From a candidate division FCPU426 bacterium (GTDB lineage: Bacteria > Oederibacteriota > JAAXVQ01 > JAUVAV01): DNA of 64,000 bases. The notes beneath the pieces are model-generated. The model made no database searches. It was not told the DNA's origin and saw nothing but the letters and a program-made list of their open reading frames with translations. This document shows, piece after piece, positions 37,469 to 47,057 of the stretch. The DNA is taken from positions 927,078-991,077 of the forward strand of contig JBFLYH010000002.1 in the NCBI GenBank assembly GCA_040756875.1, in the 5' to 3' direction. Positions within the stretch are counted from its first letter, which is position 1. Every line of letters begins with the position of its first letter. A program made the position numbers and the translations under genes.

Positions 37469-38074
37469 ATGGACAAAGACAAAAATGCAAGCACTGCGAC
37501 AAACGACCCATCCCAGCAGATTAAATTGTTGCTTATCGTGGTTTTGGTGGCTGCGGTGATCGCGCCGCTGATCTCGAGCCTGGTGGTTGTCGGTTCACTG
37601 GGCGGAAAGTTGTCAAGCATAGCAGCCAAGCAAGAACCCGAGAAAGAGGAAAGCGGCGAAGAAGGTGGAGAAAGGAACGCCGAGGCGCAAAAGCCCATTA
37701 TATTTTATGAACCCATGGAGTTCCTGGTCAATTTGGCGGATACCGAGGCCAATCACTACTTGAAAACCACCGTCAGTCTGGGCGCCCGGATCGAGGAGTC
37801 CGAGGAAAAAAGCGAGGGTAAGAAAAAAGGCGGGCATGGCGGCGGACACGGCGCCAAACAGGCCGGCCCGCAGCCGGCTTTGTTCCAGACCATTAAAGCC
37901 CGCGAACCCATGATCCGCGACCTCATTATTTCGGTGATTTCCGCCTATCCCATGGCGGTGTTGGTGTCCGTGCAGGGCAAACGGGAGCTGAAGGAGGCAC
38001 TGAGCGCCCGCCTGCAACAGGAATTGGGGACCAGCGAACTGACCGTGTATTTCACATCCTTTACCCTGCAATAG
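37469..38074 (+). CDS. fliL: Basal-body protein FliL
   Basis: Single N-terminal TM; FLVNLAD, P.IRD.II, GK.ELK and VYFTSFTLQ motifs. Confidence 0.93.
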   Translation: MDKDKNASTATNDPSQQIKLLLIVVLVAAVIAPLISSLVVVGSLGGKLSSIAAKQEPEKEESGEEGGERNAEAQKPIIFYEPMEFLVNLADTEANHYLKTTVSLGARIEESEEKSEGKKKGGHGGGHGAKQAGPQPALFQTIKAREPMIRDLIISVISAYPMAVLVSVQGKRELKEALSARLQQELGTSELTVYFTSFTLQ

Positions 38075-38089
38075 AGCGGAGCCAAACGC

Positions 38090-39058
38090 ATGGCCAAGAC
38101 GAAAAGCAACGGGGACAAGAACGGCAAGACGCCGGAAAACGCCCCGGAACTCCCCGTCGGCGTCCGGCGGTACGATTTCCGGGTGGCCCGCAAGCTCAGC
38201 GGCAGCCAGCGGATGTGGCTGGGGGCGCTGCATTCGCGGTTGGCTGCGGTCATGACCAAGCAGCTGGGCGAACGCTTCCGCTGCGAGTGCGATTGCGCCT
38301 TTTTGGGGCTGGAGCAAATCCAGGGCGCCAGTTTTCCCCTTCCGGACACGGGGCCCGTGGTCACGGCCGAAATCAGCCTGCCGACCGGCACGACCCGCAT
38401 GTATTTTCTCTGGCCGCGGGAAATGATGTTCTTTTTCCTGGAGCGGCTGCTGGGCGGGTCGGGCGACGAGCTTTTCCTGGACAAAGAGCTTTCCGAATTC
38501 GAGCAGTCCGTGCTGCGGCACCTGTGCCAGGAGGTGGCGCAATGGCTGCACGCGGCCTCCGAGGCCGGCCGCATTCCGGCTGGCAGTTGCAACAGTGTGC
38601 GCGAAGGCCAGGATTCATTTGCGGAGCTGCTGCCGTACGAAATTTTGCTGACGGCCAGCTTGAATCTGAAGCTTGGAACCCGGCAAGGCAAGCTGCTGTT
38701 CATCTACCCTTATGCGCTGGTTAAATCCTGGGTCGACGAGACCGCTCCCTCCCCCGAGACCGCGGTTCCCGAGGCCCCGCCGGCGCCGACGGATCCCGCG
38801 GCAGCCGGCCTGGTTCCCGGACTGGCCCAGGCGCCCCTGCCTGTGCAGGTGCGCCTGGGTCAAACCCGGATCAAAGTGGGCGACTTCGTCAACCTGGCGG
38901 TCGGCGATTGCGTGCAACTCAACCACAGCATTCAGGAACCCTGCGAAGTCTATATCGGTGAAAAGCCGAAATTCAAGGGGCACTTGGGCCTGATCGGTCG
39001 GCAATTGGGAGTCAAACTGACCGGTTCTATCGAGGCCAATACCACGACAACCCACTGA
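38090..39058 (+). CDS. fliM: Motor switch protein FliM (lacks N-terminal CheY-binding peptide)
   Basis: YDFR, LLGG.G, LSEFE and a C-terminal SpoA domain (LAVGD); follows fliL. Confidence 0.85.
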   Translation: MAKTKSNGDKNGKTPENAPELPVGVRRYDFRVARKLSGSQRMWLGALHSRLAAVMTKQLGERFRCECDCAFLGLEQIQGASFPLPDTGPVVTAEISLPTGTTRMYFLWPREMMFFFLERLLGGSGDELFLDKELSEFEQSVLRHLCQEVAQWLHAASEAGRIPAGSCNSVREGQDSFAELLPYEILLTASLNLKLGTRQGKLLFIYPYALVKSWVDETAPSPETAVPEAPPAPTDPAAAGLVPGLAQAPLPVQVRLGQTRIKVGDFVNLAVGDCVQLNHSIQEPCEVYIGEKPKFKGHLGLIGRQLGVKLTGSIEANTTTTH

Positions 39059-39068
39059 GGAGGACGTC

Positions 39069-39617
39069 ATGGAGGGTCAGACGCACGAGCAGAGCGAAGC
39101 CGCGGCGGTATCCGAAATCGCGGCTCAAATATTGGACCAGCAGGCGGCCCCAGCAAACGGCGAAACCCCCCCGGAAGAAAGTCCGGAGAGCGCGGCCGCT
39201 GCGTCCGGGGAGGCGGCTTCCGAATCGGAACCCTTGCCGGATTTCCCGCCCGAGCCGAAACCCGCCGCCGTGAAACGCCCGCAGCGGGAGCGGTTCATGG
39301 CCCGGGTCGCGGCCGGCGACGAGAGCGTCCAGCGCGCCAAGTTCACGCCGCTGGCATCGGAACCGGGCGAGGAAGCCTTGGGCAAAATCGATTACCTGCG
39401 GGATGTGGATTTGGAGGCCAGCGTGGAATTGGGCAACGCCGTGCTGACCGTGGACAACATCCTCCACCTGCAGACCGGATCGCTGGTGGAACTGCAGCAG
39501 ACGGTCGGGGATCCGGTGCGGTTGCTGATTAACGGCAATCCCTACGCCCTGGGCGAAGTCGTGGTGATCGGCGATAAATTCGGCGTGCGGCTGACCAAAC
39601 TGCTGCAGGCCAGCTGA
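39069..39617 (+). CDS. fliN: Motor switch protein FliN
   Basis: DV.LEASVELG, GSLVEL and GEVVVIGDKFGVRLT motifs. Confidence 0.93.
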   Translation: MEGQTHEQSEAAAVSEIAAQILDQQAAPANGETPPEESPESAAAASGEAASESEPLPDFPPEPKPAAVKRPQRERFMARVAAGDESVQRAKFTPLASEPGEEALGKIDYLRDVDLEASVELGNAVLTVDNILHLQTGSLVELQQTVGDPVRLLINGNPYALGEVVVIGDKFGVRLTKLLQAS

Positions 39618-39628
39618 AGGGGCGCGCG

Positions 39629-40036
39629 ATGGAATCCACTCTGGCTGATTTCTGGGGCAATACCGGCGCGGCGCTGGCTCCGGTTCCGGCTGCGGGCAAC
39701 GCCTCGGCGGGCACGTTTATCTGGTCGCTGTTGTTTGTCATTGTCCTGCTGTTGCTGCTGGCCTGGGGCGCGCGCTGGCTGCTGCGCCTCGCGCCCTCCG
39801 GAACGAGGACCGAGCCCCGTCTGCTGCTCAGCAGCCGCTTGGGCGCCCAGACCTTGGTCCTGTGGGCCGAAGGGGAACAGGTGTATTGCGCACTTTATCG
39901 GGGAAAGCAGGTTGAATTCGCCACGGCCGTTCCCCTGGTGAAAGCCGCGTCGCCGGCGCCGGCATTGGCCGGCGCGGGTTTTTCCCGCCTCGGCGAATGG
40001 CTGGCCAAAAGCCGGGGCGCAAGGAGAAATCCATGA
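39629..40036 (+). CDS. fliO: FliO-like export accessory protein
   Basis: One TM helix (SLLFVIVLLLLLAW); between fliN and fliP; divergent. Confidence 0.65.
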   Translation: MESTLADFWGNTGAALAPVPAAGNASAGTFIWSLLFVIVLLLLLAWGARWLLRLAPSGTRTEPRLLLSSRLGAQTLVLWAEGEQVYCALYRGKQVEFATAVPLVKAASPAPALAGAGFSRLGEWLAKSRGARRNP

Positions 40037-40806
40037 GGCATGCGGTTTTCGCCGGAGTGCTGGCCCTGCTCCTGCTGAGCGCGCCCGCGGCGCGGGCGCA
40101 GGCGACCTTTCAGCTCAGCTTCGGGCAGAGCGGCGGGACCACCGCCCTGTCCCTGAACGCCTCGGAACCGGACCGCAAGGACCTGAGCGGATTGCTGCAG
40201 ATTCTGATCCTGATGACCGCCATCACCCTGGCGCCCGCGCTGCTGGTGTTGTGCACTTCATTCACCCGGATCCTGATCGTCTTGAGCTTTTTACGGCAGG
40301 CGCTGGGCACGCAGCATATTCCCCCCAATCAAATCCTGGTCGCCCTGGCGCTGTTTCTGACTGCCTGCAACATGATGCCGGTCTGGCAATCCATCGAAAA
40401 CGGGGTGGTGAAGCCCTACCAGGCCGGGCAGATATCCTGGCAACAGGTGATCGAACAAGGCCCGCAACCGCTCAAGGAATTCATGCTGAAGCAGACGCGC
40501 CCCAAGGATCTGGCGCTTTTTCTCAAAATGGCGCGGCAGCCCCGGCCGCAGCGGCCCCAGGATGTCTCCTTTTTCATCCTGGTCCCGGCGTTCATCGTCG
40601 GGGAGCTGAAAGTGGCTTTTCAAATCGGCTTCCTGTTGTATCTGCCGTTTCTGGTGGTGGACATGGTGGTGGCCAGCATTTTGCTGTCCATGGGCATGAT
40701 GATGCTGCCGCCGGTCATGGTCTCTCTGCCTTTTAAGTTGCTGCTCTTCGTGCTGGTGGACGGCTGGAATTTGCTGCTGGGATCGTTGTTGAGAAGTTTT
40801 CAGTGA
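40033..40806 (+). CDS. fliP: Export gate protein FliP
   Basis: TSFTRILIVL, PPNQIL, PAF...ELK.AFQIGF and MGMMMLPP motifs. Confidence 0.97.
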   Translation: MRHAVFAGVLALLLLSAPAARAQATFQLSFGQSGGTTALSLNASEPDRKDLSGLLQILILMTAITLAPALLVLCTSFTRILIVLSFLRQALGTQHIPPNQILVALALFLTACNMMPVWQSIENGVVKPYQAGQISWQQVIEQGPQPLKEFMLKQTRPKDLALFLKMARQPRPQRPQDVSFFILVPAFIVGELKVAFQIGFLLYLPFLVVDMVVASILLSMGMMMLPPVMVSLPFKLLLFVLVDGWNLLLGSLLRSFQ

Positions 40807-40872
40807 GTGGCAGGCGCTCCGCCCGGAAGGGCGGGGAGGCGACGGACGGCCGGGCTGATCGAGAGGTGCGGT

Positions 40873-41142
40873 ATGAACGAACTGGTGATCATGAAAGTGG
40901 CGCGCGACGCCCTGGTGGTGGTGACCATGGTCTCCGCTCCGGCGCTGGGTCTGGGCCTGGTGGTCGGGTTGGCGGTGAGCATTTTTCAGGCCGTCACTTC
41001 GATCCAGGAGATGACCCTGGCCATTATTCCGAAAATATTGGCGGTATTCATTGCGTTGCTGATTTTCGGGCCGTGGTGCATGCGGTTGCTGACGGAGTTC
41101 ACGTACCAGCTGCTGGCCAATCTTCCTGATTACTTGAAGTGA
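40873..41142 (+). CDS. fliQ: Export gate protein FliQ
   Basis: VGL.VSIFQAVTSIQEMTL.IIPK; GAGGT RBS. Confidence 0.95.
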   Translation: MNELVIMKVARDALVVVTMVSAPALGLGLVVGLAVSIFQAVTSIQEMTLAIIPKILAVFIALLIFGPWCMRLLTEFTYQLLANLPDYLK

Positions 41143-41183
41143 CGGGGGCCGCGGAGAGAGCGTTTAAAAAAGGGAAAGGACCC

Positions 41184-41957
41184 ATGGAAGCGTTGATTCC
41201 TCTTACGCAAGGGTATCTTCTGGGCCTGGGCCGGGTTCTGGCCCTGGTCATGGTGGCGCCGGTGATCGGCGGACCCATGGTGCCCGGCCGCGTGAAAATC
41301 ATGTTGGCCCTGGCTTTGACTACGGTCTGCGCAGGAGGGAGCACGCTGCCTGCCGCGCCCGCCGGTTTGTCCTGGCTGGCCCTGGCCTTGCTGCTCGCCA
41401 AGGAGACGGCCGTGGGGCTGGGGCTGGGTTTTACCCTGGTGCTGGCTTTGGCCGCGATTCAGGCGGCCGGGGATCTGCTGGGATTCCAGATGCTCTTTTC
41501 GCTGGGCAACACTTTTTTTCCGCTGACCGAAGAGCAGAGCAGTCTGACGGGAAACTGGTTTTACCTGCTGGGGCTCATGGTGTTTCTCAGCCTGGACGGG
41601 CACCATTGGCTGATTCGCGCTCTGGCCGCGAGTTTTCGTGCGGTTCCGGTATGGTCCATGCCGGGCGGCGGAGGCGACGTGGCCTGGTGGCTGCAACAAA
41701 GCGGGCGCTTGTTCGTGCTGGGGCTGCAGATGTCCCTGCCCGTTCTGGCGGCTCTGGTCATCACCAACCTGTCGCTGGGCATGATCGCGAAAACCATGCC
41801 GCAACTCAACATTTTCATCGTGGGCATGCCGGTGCAGGTGTGGGTGGCGTTTCTGTTGATCCTGCTGGCCCTGCCGCCGCTCTTGGGGGCCGAGGCCGAG
41901 GTGTTCAAGGGCTGGGCCCGCGAAACCGCAGGCTGGATCAGACAGCTGGCACCATAA
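41184..41957 (+). CDS. fliR: Export gate protein FliR
   Basis: Multi-TM; AG..LGFQM, LDGHH and PQLNIF.VGMP motifs. Confidence 0.94.
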   Translation: MEALIPLTQGYLLGLGRVLALVMVAPVIGGPMVPGRVKIMLALALTTVCAGGSTLPAAPAGLSWLALALLLAKETAVGLGLGFTLVLALAAIQAAGDLLGFQMLFSLGNTFFPLTEEQSSLTGNWFYLLGLMVFLSLDGHHWLIRALAASFRAVPVWSMPGGGGDVAWWLQQSGRLFVLGLQMSLPVLAALVITNLSLGMIAKTMPQLNIFIVGMPVQVWVAFLLILLALPPLLGAEAEVFKGWARETAGWIRQLAP

Positions 41958-41966
41958 TTTGAATTC

Positions 41967-41994
41967 GTAGGGGCGTTTAATTGAACGCCCCTAC
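41967..41994. repeat. GTAG-type REP palindrome
   Basis: GTAGGGGCGTT-TAATTG-AACGCCCCTAC; degenerate copy at 53710-53737. Confidence 0.75.
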
Positions 41995-42006
41995 AAAGGT
42001 TGCTCC

Positions 42007-43074
42007 ATGGCTGACTCCAACAAAACCGAACCGTGTACGCCGAAGAAACGGCGTGACGCGCGCGAGCGCGGAGAGGTTGCCCGCAGCGTCGAACTGTCCG
42101 CAGCCATCAACCTTCTGACCGGGTTTGCGTTGAGCGCGCTGCTGGCCGGCTATTTCGGCCGGCAGTCGCAGCAGATGTTCGAGTCCACGGCCGCCGCCAT
42201 CACGCAGGGGGCGCTGAACGAAGCCGCTCTCACCGCCTGTCTGCGCGGGGCGGGGCAGAACGCCCTGGGGTGCCTGCTGCCCGTGTTGGCCGTCGTGCTG
42301 ATCGTCACGCTCCTGACCGGATACCTGCAGGTGGGCTTTCATATGACGCCCAAGGTGCTCAATCTCAACCTAAACAAGCTCAACCCGATCATGGGTGCCA
42401 AGCGCTTGTTCAGCCTGCGCCCCTGGGTGGAATTGATCAAATCCCTGCTGAAGCTGGGGGTGGCGGGAATCATCGTCTGGCTGACCGTGAAGGAATACTG
42501 GCCGCGGATGCTGCCGCTCCTGGCCGGCCCCCTCTCCGCCTCGCTCCTGCTTGTGGGCAGCCTGTTGTGGTCCATTTTTTGGAAACTGGGGCTGTTTTTC
42601 CTGCTGATCGGCGCGGCTGACTTTGCGTGGCAGCGGTTCGACTTTGAAAGAAAGATGCGCATGACCAAACAGGAAGTGCGCGACGAATACCGCCAGAACG
42701 AAGGCGACGCCCAGGTCCGCTCTTTGCGGCGGAGCCGGCACCGCCGCCTGAGCCAGAACCGGCTGGCTGTGGCCGTGGCCAAGGCTGACGTCGTCACCAC
42801 CAACCCCACCCATTACGCCGTGGCCTTGCGCTATGAGCAACGGCGCATGCGGGCGCCCAAAGTAGTGGCCAAGGGCGAGCGGCTGTGGGCCAAGATGATC
42901 GTGCGTCTGGCGCGGCGCCACCAGGTCCCGGTGGTGGAGAACAAAGTCCTGACGCGCGCGTTGTTCAAATCCGTGGAGGTCGGGCGCGAGATTCCGCCGT
43001 CCCTGTACCGCGCGGTGGCCGAATTGCTGGCCATGATTTACCGCTTGCGTTCCGCGAGAAGGAACCGCCCATGA
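42007..43074 (+). CDS. flhB: Export protein FlhB
   Basis: KTE..TPKK, MTKQEVRDE and the NPTH autocleavage motif. Confidence 0.97.
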   Translation: MADSNKTEPCTPKKRRDARERGEVARSVELSAAINLLTGFALSALLAGYFGRQSQQMFESTAAAITQGALNEAALTACLRGAGQNALGCLLPVLAVVLIVTLLTGYLQVGFHMTPKVLNLNLNKLNPIMGAKRLFSLRPWVELIKSLLKLGVAGIIVWLTVKEYWPRMLPLLAGPLSASLLLVGSLLWSIFWKLGLFFLLIGAADFAWQRFDFERKMRMTKQEVRDEYRQNEGDAQVRSLRRSRHRRLSQNRLAVAVAKADVVTTNPTHYAVALRYEQRRMRAPKVVAKGERLWAKMIVRLARRHQVPVVENKVLTRALFKSVEVGREIPPSLYRAVAELLAMIYRLRSARRNRP

Positions 43075-45149
43075 GCGCGCCGCGTCCTGCCTGGCTGGGC
43101 CGCGTGGGGGAGATGAGCGTGGTCGGGGGCATTATCCTGCTCCTGGTCATCATGGTCATCCCCATGCCCACCAGCCTGCTTTCCCTGCTGCTGGTGGTCA
43201 ATCTCAGCCTGGCCCTGGTAATCCTGATGGTGTCGGTGTACATCGGCAAGCCGCTGGAATTTTCCTCCTTCCCCTCGCTGTTGCTGATCATGACCCTGTT
43301 CGATCTGACCCTCCACATTGCCTCGACCCGCAAGATCCTCACCGAAAGCAACGCCGGCGAAGTGATCCGCGGGTTCGGCGAGGTCATGACCGGCGGCAAC
43401 CCCGGGGTGGGGCTGGTCCTGTTCGTCATTATCACCATCGTGCAGTTCGTGGTCATTACCAAGGGCGCGGAGCGCATTTCCGAAGTTTCCGCCCGGTTTA
43501 CCCTGGACGCCATGCCGGGCAAGCAGATGTCCATCGATGCGGACCTCAACGCCGGCCTAATCAGCAACGAGGAAGCCAAGGCCCGCCGCGCCGAGATCGG
43601 CGAGGAGGCCAATTTTTACGGGGCCATGGACGGGGCCAGCAAATTCGTGAAGGGAAACGTGATCGCGGCGTTCGTGATCATCGTCATCAACATCGTGGGC
43701 GGGCTTCTGGTCGGCTTGTTCAAGCAGAAAATGGCCTGGGGCGAAATCTTCTACACCTACACGTTGCTCACCATCGGCGAAGGCCTGGTCATCATCCTGC
43801 CTTCTTTCCTGGTGGCCGTGGCTTCGGCCATCATCATCACGCGGGCCGCCTCGCGTTCGAATCTGGGCGCGGACTCCCTGCGCCAGATCGTGGCCAAGCC
43901 GCAGGCCCTGATGATCGTGGCGGCGGCCACGTTCCTTTTCGGGTTTGCAGGTTTGTTCACGGAATTGCCGGTGCTGCCCTTCTGGATCATGTCCGCCCTG
44001 TTAGGCGGCGGCGCCCGGCTCGTGCAGACCTGGCAGCGGCAAGAGGACGAGGCCGCTGCCGCGCAGCAGGCAACCAAGCCGGAAGAGCCGGCTGAATTTG
44101 TGGCGCCCTTTCTGCTCGTGCCTCCGGTGGAACTCGAACTGGGGCACGGTTTGCTGGGCCTGGTGGACGCCGAACGGCAGAACGGGTTGCTGCACCGGAT
44201 CCGCATGATCCGCCAGAACCTCGCCGTGGAACTGGGCGTCGTGGTGCCTCCCATCCGCGTCAAAGACAACATCAAGCTGCCGACCAACGGCTACGCCATC
44301 CGCATCAAGGGCGTGGAGCGGGCCCTGGCGGAGATCTATCCGGGCCATTACCTGGCGCTGGCCAGCGGCGGCCAGGCGGCCGGACAGCAGCTCCCGGGCA
44401 TCAAGACCAAGGAGCCGACGTTCCAGCTGGACGCGGTCTGGGTCACCGAAGGCTGGAAGGATCGGGCGGAGCTCGCGGGGTACACAGTGGTGGACGCGGC
44501 CACCGTGCTGGTCACCAATTTGATGGAAGTCCTGCGCGCCCACGCGCACGAGATCCTGGGCCGCCAGGAGGTGCAGGTGCTGATCGACCATCTGCGCCCC
44601 ACCAATCCGGCCGTGATCGAGGAACTGCTGCCCAACGTACTGTCCGCCGGCGAAGTGCAGCAGGTGCTTAGAAATCTCCTGCGCGAGCGGGTGCCCATCC
44701 GCGATTTGGTGACCATCCTGGAGACCTTGTCCCAGGCGGCGCGCATGACCAAGGATGCCGATTTGCTGACCGAACAGGTCCGCCTGGCGCTGGGCAGCAC
44801 CATTTGCCAGCAGTTCCAGAGCGACAAGAATTTGCTGTCGGTCGTCACCGTGGATCCGGCGATCGAGCGCCTGATCGCAGACTCCACCCAAAACACGGCC
44901 CACGGGTACACCTACAGCGTAGAGCCGGGAATTCTGCAGAAACTGTACACCCAGCTGACGCAGCTCATGGGCCGGATCATGCCCAGGCTCAAGCAGCCGG
45001 TGGTACTGTGCTCGCCGCAGGTGCGGATGCATTTCAAGCGCATGACGGAAAGGGTGTTTCCGCAGCTGGTCGTGCTGTCCTACAACGAGATACCGCAGCA
45101 GATGAAAGTGCAGTCGCTGGGCATGCTGGAGATGCCGGCGGGCGCTTAA
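43071..45149 (+). CDS. flhA: Export protein FlhA
   Basis: FS.FPSLLL, RFTLDAMPGKQMSIDADL and FYGAMDGASKFVKG motifs; ATG overlaps the flhB stop. Confidence 0.97.
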   Translation: MSAPRPAWLGRVGEMSVVGGIILLLVIMVIPMPTSLLSLLLVVNLSLALVILMVSVYIGKPLEFSSFPSLLLIMTLFDLTLHIASTRKILTESNAGEVIRGFGEVMTGGNPGVGLVLFVIITIVQFVVITKGAERISEVSARFTLDAMPGKQMSIDADLNAGLISNEEAKARRAEIGEEANFYGAMDGASKFVKGNVIAAFVIIVINIVGGLLVGLFKQKMAWGEIFYTYTLLTIGEGLVIILPSFLVAVASAIIITRAASRSNLGADSLRQIVAKPQALMIVAAATFLFGFAGLFTELPVLPFWIMSALLGGGARLVQTWQRQEDEAAAAQQATKPEEPAEFVAPFLLVPPVELELGHGLLGLVDAERQNGLLHRIRMIRQNLAVELGVVVPPIRVKDNIKLPTNGYAIRIKGVERALAEIYPGHYLALASGGQAAGQQLPGIKTKEPTFQLDAVWVTEGWKDRAELAGYTVVDAATVLVTNLMEVLRAHAHEILGRQEVQVLIDHLRPTNPAVIEELLPNVLSAGEVQQVLRNLLRERVPIRDLVTILETLSQAARMTKDADLLTEQVRLALGSTICQQFQSDKNLLSVVTVDPAIERLIADSTQNTAHGYTYSVEPGILQKLYTQLTQLMGRIMPRLKQPVVLCSPQVRMHFKRMTERVFPQLVVLSYNEIPQQMKVQSLGMLEMPAGA

Positions 45150-45174
45150 GCCGGGGGAGAAACGCGGGGGTTCC

Positions 45175-46662
45175 ATGGAACGGACGAAACGCCTGAAGAT
45201 CGTGGCCATCGACGACGAGCCGGAGATTTGCTGGCTGTTGACCCGCATTCTCGAGGAGGAGGGGCACCTGCCGCTGGTGGCGGACAACGGCCCCGAAGGC
45301 CTGGAGCTCGTCCGGCGGGAAAATCCGGACCTGGTCTTCCTGGATTTGCGCCTCCCGGGCATGGACGGCCTGGAAGTGCTGCGCCAGATCCGCGAGTTCG
45401 ACCAGGACCTGATGGTCATCATCCTTTCGGCCTTTGAAAGCTTCGAGGCTGCGGTGCAGTCCATGAAGCTGGGCTCGTACGATTTTTTAACCAAGCCGAT
45501 CAACGTGGAGGAGATGAAGATCACCCTTAAAAACGCCCTGCGCACCAAGCGCCTGCTCAGCGAAGTGAGCCATCTGCGGCGCCGCATGGCGCAGAGCGAG
45601 GAAGCCAGCCAGCTGATCGGCTCCTGCCCGGCCATGCAGCAGCTTATCAAGCAGATCGACCTGGTGAGCCAGCACAACATCTCCGTGCTCATTCTGGGCG
45701 AAAGCGGAACGGGCAAGGAACTGGTCGCCCGGGCCGTGCATTTTAAAAGCGGACGCCGGGAAGAGCCCCTGGTGTGCATCGACTGCTCGACCATTCCCGA
45801 AAACCTGATCGAGAGCGAACTCTTCGGCTACGAGCGGGGCGCGTTCACGGGCGCGGGGGAGCGCAAAATCGGACGGCTGGAAATGGCCAACCGCGGCACC
45901 CTGTTTCTGGACGAGATCGGCAATATGTCGCCCGCCCTGCAGATCAAGCTGCTTCGCGTCATCCAGGAGCGCACGCTGGTGCGCCTGGGCGGCAAGACTG
46001 CCGTGGCCATCGACATCCGCCTGATCACGGCCACCAACCAGGACCTGCGCCAGGGCATCAGCGCGGGCACGTTCCGGGAGGACCTGTATTACCGCCTGAA
46101 TGAATACGCGCTGGAGCTGCCGTCCCTGCGGGAGCGGGGCGAAGACATCCGGTTGCTCGCCAAGTATTTCCTCGACAAGTTCAACCGCGAGTTCGGCAAG
46201 TCCATCCGCGGCCTGAACCCCGCGGCCCTGGCCTGCCTGGAGGGATATCCCTGGCCGGGAAACGTGCGGGAGTTGCAGGCGGTCATGAAGCGCGCCGCGA
46301 TTCTGGCCACGGACGCCGTCCAACCGGAACACCTGCCCGAAGCCGTGACCGGACGCAACACCGCCAGCCGTCCGTCGGCGCTGCTGATTCAGACCGATTT
46401 GAACGAGATCCGCCCGATCAAAGAGGTGTCGCGGGAAGTCGTGGCCCAGATCGAACGCGAATTAATCCAGCGAGCGCTGGAACGCAGCGGAGGCAACAAA
46501 CTCAAAACCGCGCGCTGGCTGGGCATCGACTACAAGACGCTGTTCAACAAACTCAAGCAGTACCGGATAGACAACAGCGGTTGGGAGCAGGCTCCGCTCG
46601 TGCCGACGGAGGCCTGGCAACCCACGGGGCTCGACGCCGCCCCCGGAGGGGGACAGCCATGA
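45175..46662 (+). CDS. Sigma54-dependent response regulator (NtrC family), probable flagellar class activator
   Basis: Receiver (IDDE, LDLRLPGMDG), GESGTGKE, GAFTGA, FLDEIG, WPGNVREL and Fis-type HTH. Confidence 0.95.
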   Translation: MERTKRLKIVAIDDEPEICWLLTRILEEEGHLPLVADNGPEGLELVRRENPDLVFLDLRLPGMDGLEVLRQIREFDQDLMVIILSAFESFEAAVQSMKLGSYDFLTKPINVEEMKITLKNALRTKRLLSEVSHLRRRMAQSEEASQLIGSCPAMQQLIKQIDLVSQHNISVLILGESGTGKELVARAVHFKSGRREEPLVCIDCSTIPENLIESELFGYERGAFTGAGERKIGRLEMANRGTLFLDEIGNMSPALQIKLLRVIQERTLVRLGGKTAVAIDIRLITATNQDLRQGISAGTFREDLYYRLNEYALELPSLRERGEDIRLLAKYFLDKFNREFGKSIRGLNPAALACLEGYPWPGNVRELQAVMKRAAILATDAVQPEHLPEAVTGRNTASRPSALLIQTDLNEIRPIKEVSREVVAQIERELIQRALERSGGNKLKTARWLGIDYKTLFNKLKQYRIDNSGWEQAPLVPTEAWQPTGLDAAPGGGQP

Positions 46663-47054
46663 ACTGGATTTGGAATTTGTGGCGCGTGGCCATTTACTGG
46701 GGCTTGGCCCTGGTTCTGGGTTGGTGCGCGCTTTTCGGCGGCACGGTGCTGGGCTTTCTCGGGCGGGCGGCGGAAGCCATGCTTCTGCTCGGCGGCATCG
46801 CGCTGGCGGTTGTGGCCCTGGTCAACCGGTGCTGGCATCTGGCGGCGAAACCTGCTTCGATTGAACCCAAGCCTCCGGCCGCAGGGGGTGCGAAGTCCCC
46901 GGCCGTAGCGGGTGCGAAGTCCCCGGCCGTAGCGGGTGCGAAGTCCCCGGCCATAGCGGGGGCGAAGTCCCCGGCGGTCACGGGTGCTAAGCCTCAGGCG
47001 GCAACCGCCGCCAAAACGCCGGCGCTGGCCGGAACCGGACAGAAGGGAGTGTAA
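46659..47054 (+). CDS. Small two-TM hypothetical protein with a GAKSPAV(A) repeat tail
   Basis: ATG overlaps the upstream stop; two hydrophobic helices; ends 3 nt before fliA. Confidence 0.6.
   Translation: MNWIWNLWRVAIYWGLALVLGWCALFGGTVLGFLGRAAEAMLLLGGIALAVVALVNRCWHLAAKPASIEPKPPAAGGAKSPAVAGAKSPAVAGAKSPAIAGAKSPAVTGAKPQAATAAKTPALAGTGQKGV
46886..46993. repeat. 24-bp coding tandem repeat (~4.5 copies)
   Basis: GGGTGCGAAGTCCCCGGCCGTAGC-type units at 46886, 46910, 46934, 46958 and a partial at 46982. Confidence 0.92.
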
Positions 47055-47057
47055 CGC

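Noticed and set aside
36796-38074. Type III toxin-antitoxin locus (repeats-terminator-toxin)
   Set aside because: The downstream gene is clearly fliL with its own sigma54 promoter; no ToxN/CptN/TenpN-like ORF is present.
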